Shown here piece by piece: positions 37,601-46,704 of a stretch of 64,000 nucleotides of DNA. The position numbers and the translations under genes were made by a program. Origin of the DNA: a virus. The stretch covers positions 64,001-128,000 of IMG/VR virus record IMGVR_UViG_3300022554_000002. One strand, written 5' to 3'. Positions within the stretch are counted from its first letter, which is position 1, and each line of letters begins with the position of its first letter. A model generated the notes under the pieces. The model saw only the letters and a program-made list of their open reading frames with translations. It was not told the origin of the DNA and did no database searches.

Positions 37601-39033
37601 TGAGCATGTAGTCCCAACTTATCACAAATATACATTAATTGGTCAGACAAATTCTTTGATGCAGTTTCCATAGAAACTTTAGTTACTTCATTATTAGCAT
37701 TTACTTTAACATATCCATCACCATCAATATATGCCATTAAGAAAACTTTTAATAATTCATTGGGCAAATTCAAAATATCATTATGAATTGTCTTTTCCTT
37801 AGCATATTCTCCACAATATTTAATGCACAAATCTGCTAATTTTCCATCATTACAAACTCGAATACTTCTGCTATTACCAGAATCATAAACTTTTGGCTCA
37901 TAATAATTAAATACTTTTCTACAAGCCTCTTTAATATTTTCAGTTAATTCTTCTTCGTTTTTATTTATAGAAAACTCAACACGATGCTTGTCTTGCTGCT
38001 TCGCTGCAATACATCCCTCTGCTAAATACCAACCAAGCAACCGAAGAAGATCAATATTATTTAATTCGTCTGAAATCTTATTATTTGTAATAACAGGAGT
38101 TAGTAGCCAATCACCCTGTTTAAGTTCTCCTGCTGGAATATATTCAAACTCTTTTTCTGCAAATTTCTTACTAACTTCATGCTTGCACTGTGCTCCATAA
38201 CCACACCGAACAAAACAACCAGAACTACAAACTGATTGTTTACTATCACGCTTACAATGAATATCTTCGGCCTTAATAGCAAGCATAGGATGGTTCTTAG
38301 TAACCATCAATGGTCTATATTCACTAGTAATACTCAAAATACTAATTTCTTGATCTACATTACGTTTATATAGTTTTGTAACCTTTTTTACTTCACCATT
38401 ATGTGTAATAACTTCATCACCAACACAAATATCTCGAATAGGCTTATTTGTGTAATTCTTTAAAAGAATTTCTGTATCACCGACAAAGCACCAATCAGCT
38501 TCTTCATATGCTAAATTCTCACAAATATTACAAATACTTTGACCAACCAAAACTCCCATAGATGTACCAACCACATCACCCTTTTTAATAGCATTTACAA
38601 CCATTGGAGCAAGTTGATTCTCAATCTCTAAAAGGAAGTCAATTGACTTCTCTTCTTTAATAGGAATAGCATCTATAATTGTGCCAATTCGTTTAGAACT
38701 ATCATGATTCAAGAGAACTGGACAACCAACCCAACTCTCATACATATGGCGACTACCTTCTTTCTTGGCTAATAGTTCAGTCCAAGGAAAGAAGTCACCA
38801 TTCTCATTCGCTACATCACCGTGCAAGCCACTTGTAACAATATAAGTACATCCCGGTTTTGTAGATATTACATATTTTGCTGCTTCGGTTTCTTTTGTTG
38901 CTTCACACACATCTAATTTATTTGCTGCAATAGATGCTACACGTGTTTGAAATCGAATCTTACCTTCCTCTGTGGAAGTATCAAATACTTCTTTAATAGT
39001 TCGTATTGCTACAGCACCAATGCGACGAAACAT
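34696..39033 (-). CDS. prohead protease-scaffold fusion containing an intein
   Basis: N-terminal LLNHD (His) and GTSMG (Ser) protease motifs; intein at aa 182-570; long acidic/Pro-rich then coiled-coil scaffold-like C-terminus. Confidence 0.8.
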   Translation of the reverse strand: MFRRIGAVAIRTIKEVFDTSTEEGKIRFQTRVASIAANKLDVCEATKETEAAKYVISTKPGCTYIVTSGLHGDVANENGDFFPWTELLAKKEGSRHMYESWVGCPVLLNHDSSKRIGTIIDAIPIKEEKSIDFLLEIENQLAPMVVNAIKKGDVVGTSMGVLVGQSICNICENLAYEEADWCFVGDTEILLKNYTNKPIRDICVGDEVITHNGEVKKVTKLYKRNVDQEISILSITSEYRPLMVTKNHPMLAIKAEDIHCKRDSKQSVCSSGCFVRCGYGAQCKHEVSKKFAEKEFEYIPAGELKQGDWLLTPVITNNKISDELNNIDLLRLLGWYLAEGCIAAKQQDKHRVEFSINKNEEELTENIKEACRKVFNYYEPKVYDSGNSRSIRVCNDGKLADLCIKYCGEYAKEKTIHNDILNLPNELLKVFLMAYIDGDGYVKVNANNEVTKVSMETASKNLSDQLMYICDKLGLHAHINCLKNEPTKLVPAENLTIYRVTVNKTNAKKLYSGLEIKRNTREGRYLVYNNRLFRLRRIDSVMSEKFNGSVYNLEVEDNHTYVANNVAVHNCDHLSPKALNLKGRVYLGQDGGQFKEKVGQKVEEINMLLEGVEDSIITFGEPADPDALIKKVLAKKDGSDDNMPEKPVNPNRGSKGSVRSVDDRMVSAGVSGGAIGAPSEDAIAREFQRYKMEHGLIPGATPVVAKFDSPAAYCQAIKSGKLAKTAAIEALNTFRLASASQIENLTANQAYALLEQAVKDENEMLEVTGQAEAPVVVPSGAPKNPEENEHGTQSKETNKVKPEEPPKAEGKPINDGTPNGEQAKDTNKAKGEEQPTPEGKVKEDQFPSKDKGDQACDTNKSKTEASKQIEELEARIAKLKQIAVLEEQIAQLKNSDMPKTPNGTQNKEVNSTNPEDSKPAPKKVPLNSGTPNGSQAKETNGTNPEDSFPKAKTAGKAVTAEEEEKEDEKEEKSEPKSEEKKEDSKPPVADVARDEAALGGMEKAKELVEQLSALIDAEVVEEKEELGEGAPAGVASVTEISAVPAPVDAAPVAPPTPMDMMYSAKLVKDTKNPQDSYYVVKHKGTPIFSVSAKQAYGSQVAKFVDVFHTEEYKNQLENVLKVKGARKAYKEDLNSKGVILAQMGGAPVGNPTEDALPDVAEPQAPAALVEDKPLEDMSKDDPKKSDLEDAALDFLKVYVSNDEAANARQVAEDLVKIVAGEGATVNENFAGKLEKMIEDKKKEDVISDTPDTYKDEALDKGKDNVPPVGGGEAPTAEKVGPMGNMAKKKFSEVIAELKQKEDIIKQFTDTLPMVTAKIESLKKENEQLKDSVKHYEYDNYVKARVTVTAKLAEKMATVGLIEQEQVKDEALRLAKLEDAELAKEAENLEKSIKMAKKLQEKQDYKKVEGERVVSAGKMISMIPSQMNDEVSAEDDGFEFSKAKQQ
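37324..38490 (-). mobile_element. 389-aa intein with LAGLIDADG homing endonuclease
   Basis: Block A CFVGDTEI, B VTKNHP, C LLGWYLAEG, E FLMAYIDGDG, F VYNLEVEDNHTY, G VHN followed by +1 Cys; AT-rich. Confidence 0.95.
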
Positions 39034-39084
39034 TACAATTCCTCGAAAAATTACAACCTCTATAAAGTATAATCGGTAACTATG

Positions 39085-40062
39085 TTAAATCTTTTGTAAG
39101 TTCTCAATATCTTTTTTAAGATTATTACAAGCAGTCTTAAAATTACAAAGTGCTTTAAACCCATTATAATTTAATACAAAATACGGGAAGTTATTAGCAA
39201 ATTGACACACTTTATCAACTTTATCATGTGCTTCTTGTAATGATTTAATGCCTGTGGTATATTTTGTAATAACTGAGGCTTTCTTAATTGCTACAACCCC
39301 ACTTTGAGCATTTGAGAAGCTTGAAAAATATTTTGCTTCTGCCTGAAAAGTTTGTGCAGCTTCCTGAACCTGTGGAAGAATTTCATTAGCAACCTGCTTC
39401 AAATGCTCTAATTGACCACTAGCACCTATATCCTGAGAAGCCATAGGTGTATTGGTTTCTACTGCCTCTCCACCACCACCCATAAAACCTTGATTTAATA
39501 ATTCTACTAAATCTACTAAACCATTTTGAGCAGTAATCAAAGAACGAGTAACATTCATTAATAATTGCTCTACATTATTTGCCTGTGCATTTGCTTGCAT
39601 TTGTGGACCTTCTTTTCGTCTTCGGGCTAATTCATTTAAACAATAATTAATCTCATCCTGATAATAACCAGCATTAGGATTATCAGGATTGGCCTTCAAT
39701 GCTTCATATGCGTCTTTCATAATAAATCGTAACTGATTTTCAGATTTAGACTTAAGACTCTCAGGATAGGCAGCATGATCCATCTGCTTATTCATCATCT
39801 GAGCAGTAATCTGATTACCCATGTTTTTAACCATCTCCACACCTTGCATGAATGTATTTTGATCAATATTAGTATTTTGCGCAGGATCAGTCCTAAATTT
39901 ACCTAAATTTAAATTTTTGTTATACTCTTCTCTAAAACTATTTAACTGAGGATCATTACGCAAACTAGCAATATCTTGATTCGCGTGTTGAGCTAACCAA
40001 GATTGAAAGCCAGCATGATTACTCAAGTAACTTGCTACGCTTTGACTAGTCGGTGAGTCCAT
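39085..40062 (-). CDS. hypothetical head-module protein
   Basis: 325 aa, Q/N-rich; central LKSKSENQLRFIMKDAYEA..GYYQDEI module. Confidence 0.7.
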   Translation of the reverse strand: MDSPTSQSVASYLSNHAGFQSWLAQHANQDIASLRNDPQLNSFREEYNKNLNLGKFRTDPAQNTNIDQNTFMQGVEMVKNMGNQITAQMMNKQMDHAAYPESLKSKSENQLRFIMKDAYEALKANPDNPNAGYYQDEINYCLNELARRRKEGPQMQANAQANNVEQLLMNVTRSLITAQNGLVDLVELLNQGFMGGGGEAVETNTPMASQDIGASGQLEHLKQVANEILPQVQEAAQTFQAEAKYFSSFSNAQSGVVAIKKASVITKYTTGIKSLQEAHDKVDKVCQFANNFPYFVLNYNGFKALCNFKTACNNLKKDIENLQKI

Positions 40063-42166
40063 CGTCCTCTTCCTGTAAGTAAGGTAGGACTCGTTTTAGC
40101 AAATACTCAGCTTTAACCTTTAATAGACCAGCATCCTTCATCTGTTTTGCGGCAATTGGACTAATTCTAAAGATTTCATCAACTGTCAGATACTCACCAC
40201 GTTTTGCAGCTTCTTCAACAAGTTTCAATGAAGCAGTTGGTGCAAAAGCAGGATTAGTAGCATTAGATGATTCCTGCATTTTCTGATTAAGAACATCTGT
40301 TAATTGATTTGCAGAATTTTGATCATTATTCTGATTTGCCTGATTAATGGCTTGCTGCAAAGCACTCAACATATTTTTCTTATCATTGTCTGACATTTGA
40401 TTCTGAGGTTGCTGTGGCTGTTGAGGATTCTGTGGAGCACCAGCAGGGGCAGTCATTGGCTGTTGAACAGGAGTTACAGCCTGTGCTGCCACTGGACCTC
40501 TTGCATGTAAACCACTCCAAATGTCAGCTAAATTTTCATATTCTTTAATTTCTCTAGGATCATTGCTAGTCTGAACCTTCATTTGTAAATCTTGCAATCT
40601 TTGGAAGGCACCACCATTATACTGTGGTAATGCAGCCTCAAATGCACGAATTACAGAAGCTTCAGGAATGTGCTGAGACTTCTTGGTAACTTTATCCTTC
40701 TCAGTTCCACATTCTTTGCATTTAAGTTTTCCCGGTTGACCTTCTAACTCAACATGATCTGTAGTCTTTCGACAACGATCATTACTACAATAATGTTTTT
40801 GAATTCTAGCACTTCTGTAGAATCTATTGTAAATTTCAAGACTTTCATTATCAGCACTTGCAAAAACTTCTAAATTTGAACAAATTCGTTTAGTAGCATC
40901 TGCCTCTGAAATCTTTGCAGCAGTTGCTAGTTTCTTTGCATACTTTGAAACTGTTTCTTTAGCTTCCTGCTCATTTTCTACATCCATGAATTCCATGAGC
41001 ATCTTTGCTCTAGCAAGAATCATACTTCGACGTGGTTCCATGCTGGAAGGCATTGGACGAATCTTTTCATCCATCTTGCCAGTCTGGTCAGTAGCACCAA
41101 CATTTGGATTACCATGAACATCTGTCTTACGTGGAGAAGGCATGTTACGATCACCCTCTGCCTCGTCTGTAACAATACCACTATCTCCCTCTTTTTCCAT
41201 AACAGCTTCAGTCTTATCAGCTTCAGTTAGTTTATCAATTAAAAGTTGAAGATCATCTTCTTTACCACCTACTGGAACTTCAGGATTGGCAACAGTTTGT
41301 GTTGGCGGTTTGGGGGAAGTCAAATTACGAATTTCAACTTCAGCAGTACCAACTTGAGCATCTACTGACAGGGGAAATTTCTGTGCTGTCTTACCATGCT
41401 CAGATTCCCACATACCATATGCTTTACCAGCAGCTTGCTTCTGATCTAATCCTTCGTTCTTAATTAAAAATTCAATTTTCTTACTAATCCATTCCTGTTT
41501 TTTATCTGCTTCAACATCTTTGGAAGCTTCTTTCTTTGCCTTGTATGTCACAGCAAAACCAAAAGCTTGCATTAGACGAGCACATTCTTTCTTCTGATCG
41601 TCTGAAGCGTAAGGCCATGTTCCACCATTAACATAACCATCAAATGCCTTCTGCACATCGCCCTGATTTTCTTTATGCAATGAAACAATAATTCGCTCTG
41701 CGATTACGGCAGGAGGAATTGAAGAAGCAACCACTTTTGGATGTGGTGGGCAATCTTTAACATAATCATTTTCATACACTGGACCGTCTTTCAATGTTGG
41801 AAAATCTACAGACTTAACATAATCAAACATTCGTTTAGTAGCATCGAATCTAAAATCAGTATTTAGTACCCAAGCAGAAAACTCTGGATACAATGGTTCA
41901 TATGCACCATCTGATTTCTTGGCAGCAGTTCTAATACCAGCATCGACAAGCTCTGTGAATTTCTTAGCAGCAATCTTAACCTCTGCCTCGCTCCATTTAT
42001 CATAATTTTCATCTATAATCTTTCCAACCAACATTGCCATACGAACAGCTAGAATATTTGGTTGAGAAGAATTCTTCTCAAATTCTTCATAATTCACACT
42101 CAAGGAAGCAAGAGTCTTGGCAACCTTATTACGAAATTGTGCAACCAAATAACGAGAAGCAAGCAT
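40046..42166 (-). CDS. large multi-module head-region protein with Zn-ribbon
   Basis: 706 aa; C-x4-C...CxxC (YCSNDRC..KCKECG); EGLDQKQAAGKAYGMW module; Q-rich linker. Confidence 0.7.
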   Translation of the reverse strand: MLASRYLVAQFRNKVAKTLASLSVNYEEFEKNSSQPNILAVRMAMLVGKIIDENYDKWSEAEVKIAAKKFTELVDAGIRTAAKKSDGAYEPLYPEFSAWVLNTDFRFDATKRMFDYVKSVDFPTLKDGPVYENDYVKDCPPHPKVVASSIPPAVIAERIIVSLHKENQGDVQKAFDGYVNGGTWPYASDDQKKECARLMQAFGFAVTYKAKKEASKDVEADKKQEWISKKIEFLIKNEGLDQKQAAGKAYGMWESEHGKTAQKFPLSVDAQVGTAEVEIRNLTSPKPPTQTVANPEVPVGGKEDDLQLLIDKLTEADKTEAVMEKEGDSGIVTDEAEGDRNMPSPRKTDVHGNPNVGATDQTGKMDEKIRPMPSSMEPRRSMILARAKMLMEFMDVENEQEAKETVSKYAKKLATAAKISEADATKRICSNLEVFASADNESLEIYNRFYRSARIQKHYCSNDRCRKTTDHVELEGQPGKLKCKECGTEKDKVTKKSQHIPEASVIRAFEAALPQYNGGAFQRLQDLQMKVQTSNDPREIKEYENLADIWSGLHARGPVAAQAVTPVQQPMTAPAGAPQNPQQPQQPQNQMSDNDKKNMLSALQQAINQANQNNDQNSANQLTDVLNQKMQESSNATNPAFAPTASLKLVEEAAKRGEYLTVDEIFRISPIAAKQMKDAGLLKVKAEYLLKRVLPYLQEEDDGLTD

Positions 42167-42178
42167 TTGTCTAAACTC

Positions 42179-42373
42179 CTAATTTCTAACAAGTACAGAA
42201 CTTGTTACTAACAGCCGGTAAACTTTACCTTCCCGAACCTCAAACGTAAGTTGACCAAATTTTAATGATTCTATCTGTTCTTCGTGTAATAATAAAAAGT
42301 CATTAATCTGGTCTTTGAGGGGTTTTATGACCGTTTTTTCGGTCACTTCCTCGTTCTTCTTCTGATTCATCAT
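42179..42373 (-). CDS. DUF2292/YezD-like small protein
   Basis: IESLKFGQLTFEVREGKVYRL resembles the S..FG.V.I....G.V family pattern. Confidence 0.55.
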   Translation of the reverse strand: MMNQKKNEEVTEKTVIKPLKDQINDFLLLHEEQIESLKFGQLTFEVREGKVYRLLVTSSVLVRN

Positions 42374-42497
42374 CTTCGTCAGGTTCTTCCTTGACCATGC
42401 TTGAATCTTTACAAACTACAATCTTTGTAGCTTTTTCCGTGTCTAAAACACGTTTAACAGTTGCTTTAACGTATCGCATCATTGCCATGATACACAC
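42303..42497 (-). CDS. hypothetical protein
   Basis: 64-aa ORF directly downstream of a GATTATA motif and GAGGGAG. Confidence 0.45.
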   Translation of the reverse strand: MCIMAMMRYVKATVKRVLDTEKATKIVVCKDSSMVKEEPDEDDESEEERGSDRKNGHKTPQRPD

Positions 42498-42546
42498 TCC
42501 CTCATATTAGTATAATCACCGTTATTTAAAGAATTTAAAATACAAT

Positions 42547-42987
42547 TTATGACTGTTCATCTTTGTAATAATTTTCGTCCTCAAGCAAATGATCTTTACA
42601 AATTCCCTTGGCAGTTTCCATATCTAAGCCATGTTCTTCCATTTCAATTTTAGTGCCTTTTGCCAACTGCTCTGCATCAAACTGATCATCTGGAACATCT
42701 TTGCCTTTGCCATAACTAGCAGGTTTAGCAGATGGTTGCTGATGGGTTTTGTCTGGAAAATGCTTATTCCATACTTCATTATAAGCTTTCGCAAACTCTT
42801 CACCCCTATTATTTTCTGGATATTTATCTAATAATTGTTTCATATCATTAATATAAGTCATAGTTTTTTCTTTTTCTTGTAAATGCTTAGGTGATACAGG
42901 TTTACCCTGACTATTGGTAGCCTGTCCCTGCTTCTCTAAACCTTCTATGTAGTTTTCGCTAAACTTTTTCATTGAAAATCTCTCCAA
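42547..42987 (-). CDS. DUF5661-like protein
   Basis: QLAKGTKIEMEEH..AKGICKDHLLEDENYY. Confidence 0.7.
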   Translation of the reverse strand: MERFSMKKFSENYIEGLEKQGQATNSQGKPVSPKHLQEKEKTMTYINDMKQLLDKYPENNRGEEFAKAYNEVWNKHFPDKTHQQPSAKPASYGKGKDVPDDQFDAEQLAKGTKIEMEEHGLDMETAKGICKDHLLEDENYYKDEQS

Positions 42988-43552
42988 TTAACTCATATAT
43001 GAGTTTTTTCTGTTCATCCGTATATTTCCATCTTTTACCAATATTCTTATCTGCCCAATCTTTAGGATTTGATTTTTTCTCTTCTGACATCGCACACCAA
43101 TCTGCAACATTTTCGGCAATATCCAAATCTGTCATTTTTGTAGCATCTACTAACTTTACTGGTTTGTCTCTATCTTCTCTATTAATTGTTTCTTTTTGAT
43201 CCGAATGATATTCAGGATGATGTCTATTACTATGAACATGATGCTCTGTAGCATTAGTCATTTTTTGCTTCATATCATCTGATACTTCAAACTCTTTACC
43301 AGATTCCTTACATTTATATTGCCACGAAATATAAATATATGGTGTCTTCTCTGGTTCTTCATATTTACTAGCATCATGCTGTTCACCACGCTCAATAATA
43401 CCATTAAACTTATCATGGTCATATTTATCAATCTTGTTACAATACTTCTTAACAAGATCAATATGCATCTTGGTTCGTTTCTCAAACCAATCAAGCATTT
43501 CCTTCATGTTTTCCTCTTTCTCTAATTCGGCAATATAAACTCTACTAAACAT
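42959..43552 (-). CDS. DUF5662-like (HD-like) protein
   Basis: HDASKY, HHVHSNRHHPEY, MTDLDIAENVADW. Confidence 0.7.
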   Translation of the reverse strand: MFSRVYIAELEKEENMKEMLDWFEKRTKMHIDLVKKYCNKIDKYDHDKFNGIIERGEQHDASKYEEPEKTPYIYISWQYKCKESGKEFEVSDDMKQKMTNATEHHVHSNRHHPEYHSDQKETINREDRDKPVKLVDATKMTDLDIAENVADWCAMSEEKKSNPKDWADKNIGKRWKYTDEQKKLIYELIGEIFNEKV

Positions 43553-43554
43553 TT

Positions 43555-45441
43555 CTATACTCCAATATTACCAGTATTCCCTGCACCAGCATTCGCAGAT
43601 TCAGGTGGTGCAACAGACTGATTGACATCAACTGACATTGGACCACCACCAGCAGGAGCACCAACCTCTGGACCACCACCTAAACCAGTATTCATATCAA
43701 TTCCAAGATCAGTACCTAATGGTGGTGCTCCACCACCGCCCATGCCACCACCAAGATCAAGACCGGGACCACCCATTTGAACAGGGGCGGCACCCATAGG
43801 TGTCTCGTTCTTAAGTTCTGCCTGTTCCTTGCGGCAAAGAGAACGAATAACTTCAGGGTTCTCACCAACCATTTCATAGAGCCTGTCACGTGGGAATCCC
43901 GGTTTGCCAAGTTTCTCACGGAACTGCATGAGCAACTGAATCTTCTGATTAGTATCACGAAGTTCATTCTTAGACCACGCAATTTCAGGCACCCAAGGAC
44001 GCTTGTTAGAATGTTTAATACGAATTCTGTGAGACAATTCTGCCTGAGTTGGCTTGTAGATATTATGAATACGACAAATAGGAGCAAATACATTATCCTT
44101 CATCCAACGCTCAATTCGTGTACGTAAAGTTAAATATCTAGAAATTAAAACATCTAATGCAACTGACATATTGGCATATGCACCATATGCTGAATCAAGG
44201 AAACCCTTATTCAACATCAAACCAATAAGCATTTCTTCTTCAACTTTTGTAATTTCCTGAGACACTGGAAGCATCTTATCAGCAGCACCAATCAACTCAT
44301 GTGTCAATGCATGGTTCCAGATAATAGCTTGGTTTGGATCAAGATAAGTTTGACTTAACAACGATTGGAATGCTGTTATTTCTTCTTCACTCGCTGGAAG
44401 AGCATCCGTACCTAACTTCCATACTTCTCTAGGAGTTGCATGTCTATCACAAGTATAATACAATGAATCACGTAATTTATCACGATATGCAAGTAAATGA
44501 GAAACACAGAATAATAAAGACTCACCATATGGAGAAAAATAATTACCTTTTCGTTTGAAATAGGATGCCTGAATATTATTCAATGGCATAGTTCCATCAC
44601 CATTCTTAATACTCTCAATAATATCTGCTGGAAGTCTATTATATAATTTACCAGTATTAGGATCACGTGGACCATTGGCAACAATACCACGAGTACGTTC
44701 ATCGAACCGTAACTTCATCTGATCTTCTGAACGACCGTCCGTAAATGGACAATTTTCAATTTCCACGTAAAGAGGATTTAACAACACAAACTTCTTCCAC
44801 AAACAAGGTTGTTTAGGGTCGTCAAAAATACCAAACACTGCACAACCGCCAATTAACCAATACTCTAATACCATATCTAGCAAGAATTCAAATAAATTAA
44901 TGTCCTCACACATGTCCATAAATTCACTTTTCAATATGGGGTCTTGATGCTTTAATTCAAATGTTGACAATGGGAATTCAGTGTGCAATTCCATTGAGGC
45001 ACGAACAAGAGGCTCATATCGGAAATAGTATCGAAAGCGTTGAAGCATTTCAATACGATTCATCGGCTGTTCAACAGCAAACCTATTACGGAATGGGCTA
45101 AATGGAACATCATAAACACGGTCTACTGATACAGCAGAACGTGCCATGCCTGATTTACCGGATGATCTACCCGCACCTGTAATCGGATCACGAGTAACAA
45201 CGACGGAAGAAGTTCCAACTTGACGATTCAATCGTTCAAGTAATGGATCTTTGGTTTGAATATTTACTTTCTTAGCTTTAACAATATTACTCCATTCTTT
45301 ACTAATATTATCACCTAAAATAAGAGTACTATTATTTGTACTTTTCTGATTCATTTGTTCTGGTGTTCTGTTGCCGTTGGATGCAATCACTGCTTGTCTC
45401 ACAGCCTCTTGCGGAGTTGCCTTACGATTTTGATTAGCCAC
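43555..45441 (-). CDS. portal protein
   Basis: 628 aa; PLVRASMELHTEFPL, EYWLIGGCAVF, KGNYFSPYGESLL patterns; Gly/Pro-rich tail; upstream of head genes. Confidence 0.8.
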   Translation of the reverse strand: MANQNRKATPQEAVRQAVIASNGNRTPEQMNQKSTNNSTLILGDNISKEWSNIVKAKKVNIQTKDPLLERLNRQVGTSSVVVTRDPITGAGRSSGKSGMARSAVSVDRVYDVPFSPFRNRFAVEQPMNRIEMLQRFRYYFRYEPLVRASMELHTEFPLSTFELKHQDPILKSEFMDMCEDINLFEFLLDMVLEYWLIGGCAVFGIFDDPKQPCLWKKFVLLNPLYVEIENCPFTDGRSEDQMKLRFDERTRGIVANGPRDPNTGKLYNRLPADIIESIKNGDGTMPLNNIQASYFKRKGNYFSPYGESLLFCVSHLLAYRDKLRDSLYYTCDRHATPREVWKLGTDALPASEEEITAFQSLLSQTYLDPNQAIIWNHALTHELIGAADKMLPVSQEITKVEEEMLIGLMLNKGFLDSAYGAYANMSVALDVLISRYLTLRTRIERWMKDNVFAPICRIHNIYKPTQAELSHRIRIKHSNKRPWVPEIAWSKNELRDTNQKIQLLMQFREKLGKPGFPRDRLYEMVGENPEVIRSLCRKEQAELKNETPMGAAPVQMGGPGLDLGGGMGGGGAPPLGTDLGIDMNTGLGGGPEVGAPAGGGPMSVDVNQSVAPPESANAGAGNTGNIGV

Positions 45442-45444
45442 TGG

Positions 45445-46182
45445 TTATTCCTTTGGCCTAGTGTAACGTTTGTCTAGCTTACGAACAATACACATTAACT
45501 GTTCTGTTAACTGCCGTAGCCCACCGGGTTTATCTTGGACCTTAAGTAGATTATCCAGACCTTTTGTAAGATATGTTTTTGCACGATTCTTATATGTCTC
45601 ATCCTGATTCATTTCCTGTGCAACTTCAGGAAATACATTATCTCCAACCTCTAAATTCTTGTTAACATCTTCAACAGGATTTTCCACAACGGTATCAGGG
45701 GGACTTACAGAAGTCGTACCGGGAGCTTGGCTTTGTGGTTTATATTCACCACTTAATGTTTGTGCAGTTTTACGTTTAGCACTACGTTTAATAGGAATTA
45801 TACCACCAGCCTGTTCTTGCATAGCTTCAATTTGTCCTAATACCTTATTCAAGGCACGATCAACCATCATAAAAACTTTTGGAAACGCCGTCTTTAAACG
45901 TTTACCCATATACCTCAAATTATATTGATATTTTGCTATTAAATTTGACAATTCGGTAGAAGTACTGGCACGACCAATTTCATTATAAATATCATTTGTT
46001 AGACTTGTAACATTTGAAAATTGACCATCATCATAAGTGTTTAACCACTGAAGAAAAGATTCTACAACTTCATAGGCAGGCAAATCTATGTCAATCGACG
46101 GTGTAATATCTTGCGTTGGTGTTTGAGGCTGTTGTAATATCTGTTGCTGTTGCGCAGGGGCTATTGTAACATTTGCTGGCAT
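45445..46182 (-). CDS. hypothetical head-module protein
   Basis: 245 aa, Q/P-rich N-terminus; preceded by a GATTATA motif. Confidence 0.65.
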   Translation of the reverse strand: MPANVTIAPAQQQQILQQPQTPTQDITPSIDIDLPAYEVVESFLQWLNTYDDGQFSNVTSLTNDIYNEIGRASTSTELSNLIAKYQYNLRYMGKRLKTAFPKVFMMVDRALNKVLGQIEAMQEQAGGIIPIKRSAKRKTAQTLSGEYKPQSQAPGTTSVSPPDTVVENPVEDVNKNLEVGDNVFPEVAQEMNQDETYKNRAKTYLTKGLDNLLKVQDKPGGLRQLTEQLMCIVRKLDKRYTRPKE

Positions 46183-46251
46183 TTATCTTGCTCCACAAAG
46201 ACTCTCTCATAGTAATATAATCCGAGAATGGGCAAGATAAATATTGAATTA

Positions 46252-46704
46252 TTACACACCAGCTTGCTTATTTGGAGGATCAAGTGGGGCAACTTGAGGA
46301 TTTATAAAAGAGTTTCTAGCCTTTAGAATTTGACCATCAAGCCTATTAGTGCCTTGGTACGTACCTTCTGTAAACCTATTTAATTCACGTAGAGCATCGT
46401 TTAGATGCTGTTCAGCACTCGTAGACACTTGAGGATCAATTCTAGAGTAAATAGACCTTACTGCCATTGCAGCAGCAACTTTTGTAGCAATTAATGGAAT
46501 TGGGTCTGGATATTTCGTAACTCCATTCCTGACAATCTGTTGTAGTGGTGTATAATAAGCATGATTTAATCGTGCATCAATATAAGTATCAGCATCATCA
46601 ACATAAATCTGTACATCAGCAGGAGTTATAACAGACATTTGCCCATATTTAACTTCCAAATTACGAGCATATTCTGCAACTTTAGCGACTGTTGTATATG
46701 GCAT
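46252..46704 (-). CDS. head-tail adaptor, Mu gp36/DUF1320-like
   Basis: MPYTT..V start (TAATG overlap with the upstream stop), DADTYIDARL..Y..PL, PDPIPLIATKVAA. Confidence 0.7.
   Translation of the reverse strand: MPYTTVAKVAEYARNLEVKYGQMSVITPADVQIYVDDADTYIDARLNHAYYTPLQQIVRNGVTKYPDPIPLIATKVAAAMAVRSIYSRIDPQVSTSAEQHLNDALRELNRFTEGTYQGTNRLDGQILKARNSFINPQVAPLDPPNKQAGV

Noticed and set aside
45441-45447. In-frame TAA-CCA-GTG junction between 45445..46182 and the portal gene
   Set aside because: A three-nt gap is in frame by chance one time in three; no motif continuity supports a fusion
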